Below are positions 44,677 through 53,154 of a stretch of 53,156 nt of DNA, piece after piece. The position numbers were made by a program, and so were the translations under genes. Under the pieces are notes generated by a model. The model was not told where the DNA came from. It saw only the letters and a program-made list of their open reading frames with translations, and ran no database searches. The DNA is from a virus (taxonomy: Duplodnaviria; Caudoviricetes): positions 1-53,156 of the IMG/VR virus record IMGVR_UViG_3300035701_000044. The stretch is one strand, 5' to 3'. The stretch's first letter is position 1, and the number at the start of each line of letters is the position of its first letter.

Positions 44677-45281
44677 TCGTGACAAATCTCGTACAACAGG
44701 TTCATACCGTACCCACGGTTGAGGAGACGAATCTCCGCTGCAAGTTTCAGGGTGTCCTCAGGCGTTGTTTCCGGTAGGCCAGACAACATGCCCTCGATGA
44801 GCCCAACGGTAGCCAGCTTTTCGATGGCGTCTTCCGAGAGAAGATTGCTGGAGGCCTGCTTCGCTTCAGCAGGCGGGTAGCCGCCCAGAGGCGCTCCGCC
44901 GGTCAATCGATGCAAGCCGTAGAGCCCACCGCCGATGCCGGCTAGCCCCAGCGCGGTCTGAAGAACTTTGTTTCGGACGTCAGCGGTAGCTTCTTCGCCG
45001 CGGTCGTAGAACTTGTTGATGAGGTGTCGTCCACCCAAAACGGCGGGGGCTCCTAGCCCCAAACCCCACGCCAGCGGTTTTCCGATCGTCTTGAGTGCGT
45101 TCAGGTCCAGGGATTCCTTGACGATATCGAACACTTGGTTGTCGACGCCCAACTTTACGGTAAGGGCCTTGGCCAGAATTTCTGGATCGTCCTTATAGGC
45201 CGCTGCCGTCTTCCCGAGCTTGTTCGAGAGTTCGACAAGACGGTAGACCTGGGCAAGCTTGGGGTGCAATGCGGGAACCAT
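44673..45281 (-). CDS. KxA-motif virion core protein with Gly-rich segments
   Basis: GKTA, AKQA, EKLA, LKLA; GLAGIGGGLYG. Confidence 0.7.
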   Translation of the reverse strand: MVPALHPKLAQVYRLVELSNKLGKTAAAYKDDPEILAKALTVKLGVDNQVFDIVKESLDLNALKTIGKPLAWGLGLGAPAVLGGRHLINKFYDRGEEATADVRNKVLQTALGLAGIGGGLYGLHRLTGGAPLGGYPPAEAKQASSNLLSEDAIEKLATVGLIEGMLSGLPETTPEDTLKLAAEIRLLNRGYGMNLLYEICHE

Positions 45282-45282
45282 C

Positions 45283-45519
45283 TCAGACCTCCTGGGTCAA
45301 CTTGTCCAGGCTCACCAGCCCCGCGAGAATCTGCTTGTACTCGGCGTTCTTCACGTAGAGATTGGTGCCGAGGGCCTGAACCGCAGTTTTGAGGTCCAGG
45401 TCGCCGGGGATGTCGTGCCCTTCGGCGCGAAGCCGCGCGGCGGCGATCTTGTGAAGCCCCAGTGTTCGCAACTTGCGGGCGCTCTCAGGTCCGAGCAGAC
45501 GTTCCAGGTTCACGTTCAT
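45283..45519 (-). CDS. Small KxA-motif protein
   Basis: GAGG SD; HKIA, LKTA. Confidence 0.65.
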   Translation of the reverse strand: MNVNLERLLGPESARKLRTLGLHKIAAARLRAEGHDIPGDLDLKTAVQALGTNLYVKNAEYKQILAGLVSLDKLTQEV

Positions 45520-45526
45520 GGGTTCC

Positions 45527-46171
45527 TCACTTTGACGGTCCAGCTTGGGCTCGAGCCACGGAAGCTTCGGCGTCGGCAATGCCTTTGATAGTGTTGTAGT
45601 CCAGCCCACCACCGCTGACGACGGCCTGTGTCAGGAACGAACGAACGGCGTTCTTGTCGGTGGCCAGTGTCGGCGCGACCTTGGACATGGTGTGGTAGGC
45701 TTCGAGCAACGTTTTGTTGTCGGCTTCGTTCAGAATGGGGTCTTCCTTCTTCAGGGCTTCGAAGATGGCAACGCGGGCCGGGCTGACGACCATGTTGTCC
45801 TTGAGGGTATCGTACGCCTTGCCAAACATATCTGTCGTGAGTCCGATGAGCTGTTTGGCGCTCTCGGAGCCAACGGTTTTTCCGAACGACTCGCCAATGA
45901 TTTCATCGGCACGAATACGGTCTGTCAGGGTGTTGAGCCCACGGTTGATGCGGTAGCTTAGGGTCTTGGATTGGTTTTCGCCTTCGGTGATCCCACCGCC
46001 TCCCAAACCGTGCCACAGTGCCGACCCGGCGGCCAACGTGGGGATACCAATGAGGGCGGCCTTCCCCACCGGGGCCTTCCAGAGCGTCTTCATCAGCTCG
46101 CTGAAGGCGGTGGCAACGCCGCCGGCTGCCTTTTCCAGGTACTCGTCGACCGATGACAGTTTCGTTCTCAC
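45527..46171 (-). CDS. Putative virion core protein
   Basis: GTGA-coupled start; EKAA; C-terminal DPIL...AYHTMSKVAPTLATDKNAVRSFL helical domain. Confidence 0.7.
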   Translation of the reverse strand: MRTKLSSVDEYLEKAAGGVATAFSELMKTLWKAPVGKAALIGIPTLAAGSALWHGLGGGGITEGENQSKTLSYRINRGLNTLTDRIRADEIIGESFGKTVGSESAKQLIGLTTDMFGKAYDTLKDNMVVSPARVAIFEALKKEDPILNEADNKTLLEAYHTMSKVAPTLATDKNAVRSFLTQAVVSGGGLDYNTIKGIADAEASVARAQAGPSK

Positions 46172-47010
46172 AGATACTCTCCCACGCCGTTTTTCAGCTG
46201 AGTTCGCGCCTCGTCGAGAGTTTGCCATTCGTCGCTCAGCTTGATGAGCTTATCCAGACTGCGTATCTCGCGAGTTTTGGAATCGACGACTCGAGCAGTC
46301 TTGACAAACTGGGACTCAACCGGCCTCGGCAGCCGCAGGCAGTGCCGTAAATCGGCGATGACAGGAACCGCCAACTCACCGCGAAGCGCAAAAGCGTCCT
46401 TCTCGAACTCATTGAAGTCGGAGCCGTATAGCTTGGCAAAATCTGCCGCCAACTTGTCGAGTTCGTCCTTGTACTCGTAGGCAGCCTGGTGCTGTTTGCT
46501 TTCCAATTCCGAAGCGACCTTACGGATCTTGATGATGAGCATCTGGCGCTTCGCCGGCGAAACTTCCGGATTCTGCGGCTGTTCAGTGGCGACCTCTTGC
46601 TCGGTTGAAGCCGGAGTGTCGGCGGCAGCCGCGCCGCTGCCCTTCAGCACCGCCTTCACCTTGTCGAGGACGTCGCCCAAGTCACCAAACATGTCAGAAG
46701 GATCGCTGGCGGACGATTCGGACGAGTCGGGGGTGACCGGTTCGCCGTTCACGAACACCTTCTTGATGACCGTGGCGGGATCCGCCGGGTCGAACTCGAC
46801 GATCTTGTCGCCGTCGTTCTTCTGGTCAAATAGCGTCAGGTGGGCCATGGTGTTGGCCAGCTGCACCAGATTTTTGACCTGCTCTGGGTTGAGCGCATTG
46901 TCCAGCGCTGTTTTCGCTAGCCCATCGTCCAGCGGTACAGAGCGCTTCAGAAATGCGTCCACTGCATCTTGGGCCAACTTCTTGAATTCGTCTGGTCGGA
47001 TCACGCGCAT
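46168..47010 (-). CDS. Putative virion core protein
   Basis: LNPEQVKNLVQLAN; KKLA, AKTA, RKVA, VKTA. Confidence 0.7.
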   Translation of the reverse strand: MRVIRPDEFKKLAQDAVDAFLKRSVPLDDGLAKTALDNALNPEQVKNLVQLANTMAHLTLFDQKNDGDKIVEFDPADPATVIKKVFVNGEPVTPDSSESSASDPSDMFGDLGDVLDKVKAVLKGSGAAAADTPASTEQEVATEQPQNPEVSPAKRQMLIIKIRKVASELESKQHQAAYEYKDELDKLAADFAKLYGSDFNEFEKDAFALRGELAVPVIADLRHCLRLPRPVESQFVKTARVVDSKTREIRSLDKLIKLSDEWQTLDEARTQLKNGVGEYL

Positions 47011-47024
47011 TTTTTGTCCCACCT

Positions 47025-47708
47025 TCAGTGAAGAATTTCGCTTTCAGCGATTCCACTTTGCTCTGCGTTTGTGGCTTCTTCACGCGTCTGCAGGGTCATC
47101 TTCAGCTGATCAAACGCGCTGCTTTCGTCCACACCGTCATCATTTTCAACGGCCTTGAGTGCAACCTGCGCCCAACGGAGCGCCGCGTTCGCCAGGGCGG
47201 AATCCACCTGGTTGATGCGGACGAGGCTGGCCATCATATACGCCGTCGTCCGAACGCTGTTTTGCACCGTGATGGGATCCACGATGTGGCTGCCCTTTGA
47301 CAGGCGCACTTTCAAGCACTCCTTCCCCAAATCAATGGCTGAGCGCTTCAGCTCTTTTCCAAACAGGCTCTTGGCGTAGGTGTACGCGTAGTCGGTCCTG
47401 TCGAGCTCGTCGAGAAAGGCTGACGCATCAAAGAAAAGATAGGTGTAAATCTCAGTCACCGCAATGGGGACTTGGAGAATGTCCTGAACTTCGTCGGGCT
47501 CGAAGTTTACAAGCAGAACTGCTTCCAGGGTTTCTTGCTTGAACTCGTGCGTGAAGATGTCGTATGCGCGCTCGACAGCTTCAGAGTGGGGTTGACCTGA
47601 AAGGAGGTGATAGAGGTCGGCCTCATGCTTGTCCCGCGGACAAGCACCCTTGGCTTCAACGGTGGCCAGTACCGTTTGGTACCGGTGATCAGGCGTTGTC
47701 GACTTCAT
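47025..47708 (-). CDS. Hypothetical protein
   Basis: 227-aa ORF in operon; lower GC3. Confidence 0.65.
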   Translation of the reverse strand: MKSTTPDHRYQTVLATVEAKGACPRDKHEADLYHLLSGQPHSEAVERAYDIFTHEFKQETLEAVLLVNFEPDEVQDILQVPIAVTEIYTYLFFDASAFLDELDRTDYAYTYAKSLFGKELKRSAIDLGKECLKVRLSKGSHIVDPITVQNSVRTTAYMMASLVRINQVDSALANAALRWAQVALKAVENDDGVDESSAFDQLKMTLQTREEATNAEQSGIAESEILH

Positions 47709-50382
47709 CCTTCTCCCGCGTCGTCAATGCGGTCTGGTTGATCTTCAAGATCACACTGCCCAGGTTGTTGAACACCGAGCGCAGCCTGCGTTCCAAATCC
47801 GAGAAGTCCTGCTCTCCGAGCTCAGGGCGAAGTTCGTGCTCACGCATCCAAAGAGAAAGCATGACGCGCCCGAGGCTGTCGAGGGCATTCTCCAGGCTCG
47901 GCACGTAGTTGGAAACTGTTTCGCTGAGATCTGAGTTCGTCGCCATAGAACCGATGGCTGTGGCCTCGAACGCTTCGGGGTCGTTGAGTTCGGCAGCTTG
48001 CGACATGCTCGGGCCAGCCTGACCGGCGAGTTGCTCCGCAGCCTGCGCCTCTTCGACGCCACCCGGAGGAACGCCCGGAATGCCCGACGGCCCCGGGGCG
48101 GGGACACCGCCGCCAGGAGCGCCACCGGCCATTTCCGGGGGCATACCCGGCTGCGCACCAGGCGCTCCGCCAGCCATCTGCGGCGGCATCCCACCAGCAG
48201 GATCAGCACCCACGCCAGGGGGAACTCCCGCTGCCATCTCTTCCGCCGAGCCGGGCTGTTGGGGCACTGGACCCTGCGGACCACTCGGGGGCATACCGCC
48301 CGCTTGTTCAGCGGCGATTTGCGTTGCACGCTGTTTCACCGCGTCGATGGCCGACAACTGATTGGCCAAGTCGCGCTGCTTCTCAGCGAGTTGCCTGGCC
48401 ACATCAGCTGCTTGGCCAGCCAAATCTGCGCCGACTTCGGCCGCAGCAATCTCCACGGGATTCGGCGGCGGAGGAGGCGGGGGCGCCATCATCTCAGGAG
48501 GCGGCATCCCGCCGGCCATTTCCGGTGGCATCCCACCAGCCATCTCTGGAGGCATTCCGCCAGCCATCTCTGGAGGCATTCCGCCGGCCATCTCAGGGGG
48601 CATTCCACCTTGAGCATCGGGGGGCGGGGGCGGAGCCATCGGAGCGCCTTGGGCGGTTTTCGCCCAGGAGGCAAACTTCTTCATTTGCTCCGGATTTACG
48701 AGGTAAAACTCGTGGATCCGGGCAGCGGCAGTCTTGTTCAGGAGCTTCTCGGCGTCTCCTGCACGGAGGTCGAGATCTCGGACGAGACATTGCAGCGCCG
48801 ACATCTTGGTGTAGTGCTCAGGGAGTCCACTGATGGTGTACCCACCGTTGCCGTCGTTCTGCAGCCGAACGCGGAGCGCCCCAGTCTTCTGGAGTTCGCG
48901 CACGTACGTCAGGGTGTCGTCGGCTCCTTGCAGAACGTTGTCGTCGCCGTACTCGCCCTTCAGGAACTTGAAACCGCCGGGGACATAGGTCACGTTCCCA
49001 CCGGTCGGGGCGACGATGACGTTCGTCGGATTGTTCGGGTCGGTCACGAGAGTGTTGCCGTAAGTCTTCATGCGGCGGACACCCTTGCTGTCGGTCGTGA
49101 CTTCAAGGACATCAGCCGGCTCAGTTCCCTGTAGGCGCCCAGCTTTGAAGCGAACGAAAATGCCCAAGCCTTTGCCGACGGGCATCACGCTGTCGTCGAG
49201 GACCTTCGAGAACGTCTCGCCCTTGATGTCGGAAGCGTGGATGAGCCGCCCGACGGGGCGCCGACTGGTGCGGATGATTTTTTCGTCTTCGGTGAAGAGG
49301 ATGTACTCCTTGTGCCCGTCAGGGATCTGGAAGCCGTCGTCGCTGGCGCCGGATCCCGGAGTGGTGCACATCTGATCTTCGTTTACACCGTGCAACGTTT
49401 TGGCCTGCTGCTTCTTGACGTGCTTGCGGTACTGGTCCGGGTAGCGCCGAATGTCGCCACGCACGCCGGCGTACAACGTCGAATGCAGCGTCTGCGGGTT
49501 CGGGATGACGATGGCCTTCTTCGTGGTTCCGTCGGACATCCAGATTTCGTAGAAGCCTGGTTCCTGGGCGGTGGTCCGAACCATGCGTTCCTGAGTCTCG
49601 ACCGGCGTGTTGGCGGTCGCGCGTGCGTCGCGCACAACAAAACCGTGCTTGACGGCTTCTTGCCACGCCTTCGAGGCTTCTTTGCCGAAGTGCTTTCGGA
49701 AGTCATCGGCGGAGTTGTCGGGCGTCAGAAACTCCACCACCGGCTGGGCTGCGGCGGTCTTGGTGCGCGTCGGGCGAATCGCGGTCAACAGCATTTTGTT
49801 GTCATAGTTCTCGAACGCAAACTTCAGGACCTTCTTGTTCCGTTCAAGAACCTTAGCGAAGGCCATCTTCACGTAGTTCGGGGCCTCGTCCAGGAAGCGG
49901 GCCAGCTTCTCGCCCGGGAGATCGTTTGCGGAGGCGTAAGCGTACCGGCCAGTCGTCGGGGGGACGACCAAGTTGCGGATGTCCGCGTCGGGTTCGAGGG
50001 TCTTCGGAGCTTCGACACCGGCGCCGAGTTCGTCCAGCGTGCTACGCGAGAGTTCGTCGACCCAGTTCTTGTCGAGCGGCAGGAAGATGTCCTTCTTCGG
50101 GTAGTACATCACTTCAAGCGGTTTGACCTGGTTGTTGGCGAGGACGACGGGCACGTGCAGAGCGTCGCCATCGAGAGATACGATGAAGGCGCCCACGCCG
50201 GAGCCGTTGTCGATGTCGCTGCTGAGGACCTTGAAGGTCACTACCCGTTCGACCAACTCGGGGAACTTGTTTGCCAGGGCGCTGTGGGCCATCTGCCCAA
50301 AGCCCTGCTCAAAGGCCATAGTGGCGTCTTCGCCAGTCGGGGGCGGCTGCATGAACGCTTGAGTTCTCGGCGACAGCGGCAT
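47689..50382 (-). CDS. Large putative virion core protein with Pro/Gly/Met-rich region
   Basis: About 900 aa; several KTA motifs; GGMPPEMA repeats. Confidence 0.75.
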   Translation of the reverse strand: MPLSPRTQAFMQPPPTGEDATMAFEQGFGQMAHSALANKFPELVERVVTFKVLSSDIDNGSGVGAFIVSLDGDALHVPVVLANNQVKPLEVMYYPKKDIFLPLDKNWVDELSRSTLDELGAGVEAPKTLEPDADIRNLVVPPTTGRYAYASANDLPGEKLARFLDEAPNYVKMAFAKVLERNKKVLKFAFENYDNKMLLTAIRPTRTKTAAAQPVVEFLTPDNSADDFRKHFGKEASKAWQEAVKHGFVVRDARATANTPVETQERMVRTTAQEPGFYEIWMSDGTTKKAIVIPNPQTLHSTLYAGVRGDIRRYPDQYRKHVKKQQAKTLHGVNEDQMCTTPGSGASDDGFQIPDGHKEYILFTEDEKIIRTSRRPVGRLIHASDIKGETFSKVLDDSVMPVGKGLGIFVRFKAGRLQGTEPADVLEVTTDSKGVRRMKTYGNTLVTDPNNPTNVIVAPTGGNVTYVPGGFKFLKGEYGDDNVLQGADDTLTYVRELQKTGALRVRLQNDGNGGYTISGLPEHYTKMSALQCLVRDLDLRAGDAEKLLNKTAAARIHEFYLVNPEQMKKFASWAKTAQGAPMAPPPPPDAQGGMPPEMAGGMPPEMAGGMPPEMAGGMPPEMAGGMPPPEMMAPPPPPPPNPVEIAAAEVGADLAGQAADVARQLAEKQRDLANQLSAIDAVKQRATQIAAEQAGGMPPSGPQGPVPQQPGSAEEMAAGVPPGVGADPAGGMPPQMAGGAPGAQPGMPPEMAGGAPGGGVPAPGPSGIPGVPPGGVEEAQAAEQLAGQAGPSMSQAAELNDPEAFEATAIGSMATNSDLSETVSNYVPSLENALDSLGRVMLSLWMREHELRPELGEQDFSDLERRLRSVFNNLGSVILKINQTALTTREKDEVDNA
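48490..48610 (-). repeat. 24-bp coding tandem repeat (GGMPPEMA, about 5 units)
   Basis: Repeat visible in DNA with synonymous variation and in translation. Confidence 0.9.
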
Positions 50383-50393
50383 GGTTCTCTCCC

Positions 50394-51002
50394 TCACATG
50401 AACTTTCCAAGTTGGTAGACGCCAACCGGCATCGAAGACGTCAATGCGTGTTGGAGAAACGCCGGTATCAGCGTCTTGATGGCTTGGAGTTTGTTCGGAG
50501 CGTTTTTCACAGCGGCTGCGGAGGCTCCAAACTCTTCGACGAGTCCGGGAGCCGCGACGGCTGCTGACGTGCCCGCCAGGATATTCAAGATCTCGCGGCG
50601 AGTTTCCGGGTCCCCGACAAAAGCACGGATGGCCAACATCGCGGGGATGGCGGCTATATTGTTGATGCTCGCGACCGTGTTGGCAATGCTCAGTATCTTA
50701 CGGTAGAGCGGAGCCTTTCGGACATTTTCAGCGTGTGCTGTCTCGTGGCCTACGACGGCGGGGTTTACCACACCAAGCGTGATGGTGTCCTTGCCAGGAT
50801 AGTAGCCTCCCGGGATGTCAGGATTGGATTCGATCTTGACGTCGGCGAGAGATGGATTTTGTTTCAGGAAGCGCGCAATGGTGGCGGGGATTTCCTGGGC
50901 GTGTTCAGGATCGTGGAAGAAGCTGTCAACACCGCCCAAGCGCGACGCCAGCGCCGCTAGGCCCGGAGCACTTTGAAGGCTTTGTAGCGTGTTGGTAGCC
51001 AT
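50394..51002 (-). CDS. Zincin-like HExxH protein with hydrophobic helices
   Basis: GGYYP..DTITL...VVGHETAHA; downstream EE..AS..A. Confidence 0.65.
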   Translation of the reverse strand: MATNTLQSLQSAPGLAALASRLGGVDSFFHDPEHAQEIPATIARFLKQNPSLADVKIESNPDIPGGYYPGKDTITLGVVNPAVVGHETAHAENVRKAPLYRKILSIANTVASINNIAAIPAMLAIRAFVGDPETRREILNILAGTSAAVAAPGLVEEFGASAAAVKNAPNKLQAIKTLIPAFLQHALTSSMPVGVYQLGKFM

Positions 51003-51024
51003 TTCTTCCCATCGTCAGAGCCAC

Positions 51025-51450
51025 TTACTTCTGCGGGGTCAGCACCCGTGGAGCGTTTTCTTCTACAATGGGCGTCTTCAGTTCTGGCCTTCGCAACTGA
51101 TTGACGACCGTGGCCAGGCTGTTGGCCTGCTGGCTGACTCCCACAGGAGGTTTTCCATCCTCGGGTCTGATGTCCGCCGATGTTTTGCTGTAAGGGGCCA
51201 TGTGCTTATCGTACAACCCCTTCAGCGCTTCGTAGTACTTCGGATTGGTGGCGAGCCCTGCCTCAATATCTTCGGGGGTGCTGTACCCGAACTGCTTCCA
51301 GAGGTTCCGCATCCCAGAGTTATACTGGGCACTCGCGCGGTTCAGGTCCACCGGGTGTGGTCGCTTCTCAGCAGCCACCGCGGCAGCTTTCTCTAGTGCT
51401 GCTTCGATGTACCTGATACCCAACTGGCGCAGGAGGGGCGAGGCCACCAT
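51025..51450 (-). CDS. Protein with degenerate leader
   Basis: GGAG SD; LRQLGIRYIEAALEKAA. Confidence 0.65.
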   Translation of the reverse strand: MVASPLLRQLGIRYIEAALEKAAAVAAEKRPHPVDLNRASAQYNSGMRNLWKQFGYSTPEDIEAGLATNPKYYEALKGLYDKHMAPYSKTSADIRPEDGKPPVGVSQQANSLATVVNQLRRPELKTPIVEENAPRVLTPQK

Positions 51451-51463
51451 CGACTTCTCTCCA

Positions 51464-52720
51464 CTAGGCGCGAGCGTTCATCCGGCGCAGGCGGGCCAGA
51501 ATGTCGCCGTCCTTCGGCCGAGCGGAGGCTTTCTTCGCCTCCTCTTCCTTCTTCTCTTCCTTCTTCTCTTCCTTCTTCTCGCCCTCGTCCTCTTCCTTCT
51601 CGTCCTTCTCCTCGCCGCCCTCGCCCTTCTTGGCCTCGAGGTAGTTCTTCAGGCCCTCGGGCATCTCAGCGGTCTTTTCGAGGTGGTTCATCACCAGCTC
51701 TCGCTCGGACGGCGGAAGACCCTTGAGGTACTGGAGCGCGGCCACCTTCTCGTTGTCCTTCATATAGAAGGGCAGCCGGGAGGCGTACTTCTGGCCGAGC
51801 ACGCGCAGCTCGCGGATGTACTGGGCATCTTCGGACTGCTTGATGGCGGTGTTGGTGCCACCCTCGTGCGGCTCCTGCCCCGGGTGCGGGCTCTCGTTTC
51901 CGATGGCGGCGGCGCGAGCCGCGGCAGCCTGATCGGACTCGCCAGGGCGGTCCTCACCCTTCACAGCGTAGCCCTCGGGCCGGCGCTGCTTCTCCATCTG
52001 ACCCTCGCCCGTGATGGTCTCGGGAGGGGTGTTTCCCGGGGCGATGGTAGCACCCATCGCGTCGGCAGTCTTGCCCAACGCAGCGGCGTGGATGATCCGT
52101 CGCAGGCTGGCGCCCTTCACCGCTTCGGTTGCGGAGTTGGAGCCACCTTCGGCCGGACCCATGGCGTTGTCTTCGCGCTTCTTCTCGGAAGCGATGGCAC
52201 CCTGGCCGGAAGCTTCCTGCTTGCCGACGCCGTCTTCACCGACGTTGGCGTACGCGTCGCCACCCGGGCGGTTCTTCTCGTCCAGCCGAGCTTCGGCGTT
52301 GGTCGAGTTCGCCGACCGGTTCTCCTGCTCGGGACGGTCGCCGACGATGGTCGAACCGGTGTCGACCGACAGCTTCTGTCGGAGCAGGCGTGCACCAATG
52401 CGCAGAGACGCGGCCTTGGCAGCCTCGGCCTCCGGGGCGACGGGGGCAGCTTCCGGATCAGCGCCGGCGGCCGGACCAGCGACCGCAGACGCGGCCTGGG
52501 CTGCGCTCTCGGAACTCTGCTGAAGTGAGTTCGAGAGGTCGACCAGGTTGGCCGCGAGTTCTGCCGTGGCTTCGGGAGCGACCTCGCCCATGGGCTGTTC
52601 GGGCAGACGCTCGGCGACTTGATCGGCAGCGGCGATTGCCTGGTCCTCGTTGGCGAACTTGACGGCGCCGCAGTCCATCAGCGCCTTAGCGATGCCACGA
52701 ACGTAGGCTTTCTTGAACAT
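51464..52720 (-). CDS. Leader-bearing scaffold/core-like protein with internal duplication
   Basis: AAGGAG SD; MFKKAYVRGIAKALMDCGAVKFA; EKTAEMPEGLK; E/K-rich tail. Confidence 0.75.
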   Translation of the reverse strand: MFKKAYVRGIAKALMDCGAVKFANEDQAIAAADQVAERLPEQPMGEVAPEATAELAANLVDLSNSLQQSSESAAQAASAVAGPAAGADPEAAPVAPEAEAAKAASLRIGARLLRQKLSVDTGSTIVGDRPEQENRSANSTNAEARLDEKNRPGGDAYANVGEDGVGKQEASGQGAIASEKKREDNAMGPAEGGSNSATEAVKGASLRRIIHAAALGKTADAMGATIAPGNTPPETITGEGQMEKQRRPEGYAVKGEDRPGESDQAAAARAAAIGNESPHPGQEPHEGGTNTAIKQSEDAQYIRELRVLGQKYASRLPFYMKDNEKVAALQYLKGLPPSERELVMNHLEKTAEMPEGLKNYLEAKKGEGGEEKDEKEEDEGEKKEEKKEEKKEEEAKKASARPKDGDILARLRRMNARA

Positions 52721-52776
52721 GCGAGACTCCTTTTCGAGTTTTGGTCGCTTTACGCTTTCAACGTAAATTCGACTGT

Positions 52777-52806
52777 AATAGTAGGTTGGTAGACACAAAC
52801 TTTCAA
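52777..52806 (-). promoter_or_regulatory. Sigma70-like promoter for head-core operon
   Basis: TTGAAA-N17-TACTAT (CCTACTATT). Confidence 0.8.
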
Positions 52807-52818
52807 GGGCTTTTCCTG

Positions 52819-53154
52819 TTAGTACCGACCCTTCGGTCCGGTTCCAAACTCCTTACCATAGGCAAAGGCGGGTATAGGATTGGTCCCGTGGATGTCCGCT
52901 TTCTCGGCAAAGTGCGCCCCTTCTAGGATGGAGGCTTTGAGCTTGCGGTGTCCAAGGCGGGCCATCCAATCTGGGTTCAGCAGAGGATTGCTGGTGATGG
53001 GCTGCATGTGGAACGACAGCGAGGGAGGTTTCATCGCAACTTCGACTGTCTTGATGCCCTGCCGTTTCAGGTCGTCTACGATTTCGGGGGTCACCAGGGT
53101 ACCCGCGGTATGCTGCAAATATCCCTGTGCCAAGACTTGCCCAGTCGCTGACTT
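52819..53154 (-). CDS. C-terminus of a divergent multisubunit RNA polymerase beta'-like subunit (5' truncated)
   Basis: Frame open to window edge; DWMARLGHRKLKASILEGA....DIHG..PIP aligns by eye with the beta' terminal SFISAASFQETTRVLTEAA...DELRG...IP region. Confidence 0.55.
   Translation of the reverse strand, partial: KSATGQVLAQGYLQHTAGTLVTPEIVDDLKRQGIKTVEVAMKPPSLSFHMQPITSNPLLNPDWMARLGHRKLKASILEGAHFAEKADIHGTNPIPAFAYGKEFGTGPKGRY

Noticed and set aside
48490-48610. Tandem repeat as CRISPR array or DGR repeat
   Set aside because: In-frame 24-bp coding repeat with no spacers; no cas or reverse transcriptase seen.
3654-52528. Long antisense or alternate-frame ORFs (e.g. 3654-4697, 11137-12483, 13794-14864, 32390-33715, 37591-38889, 47998-49134, 51245-52528)
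   Set aside because: Shadows of GC3-biased genes on the opposite strand; no SD, no motifs, and they overlap well-supported genes.
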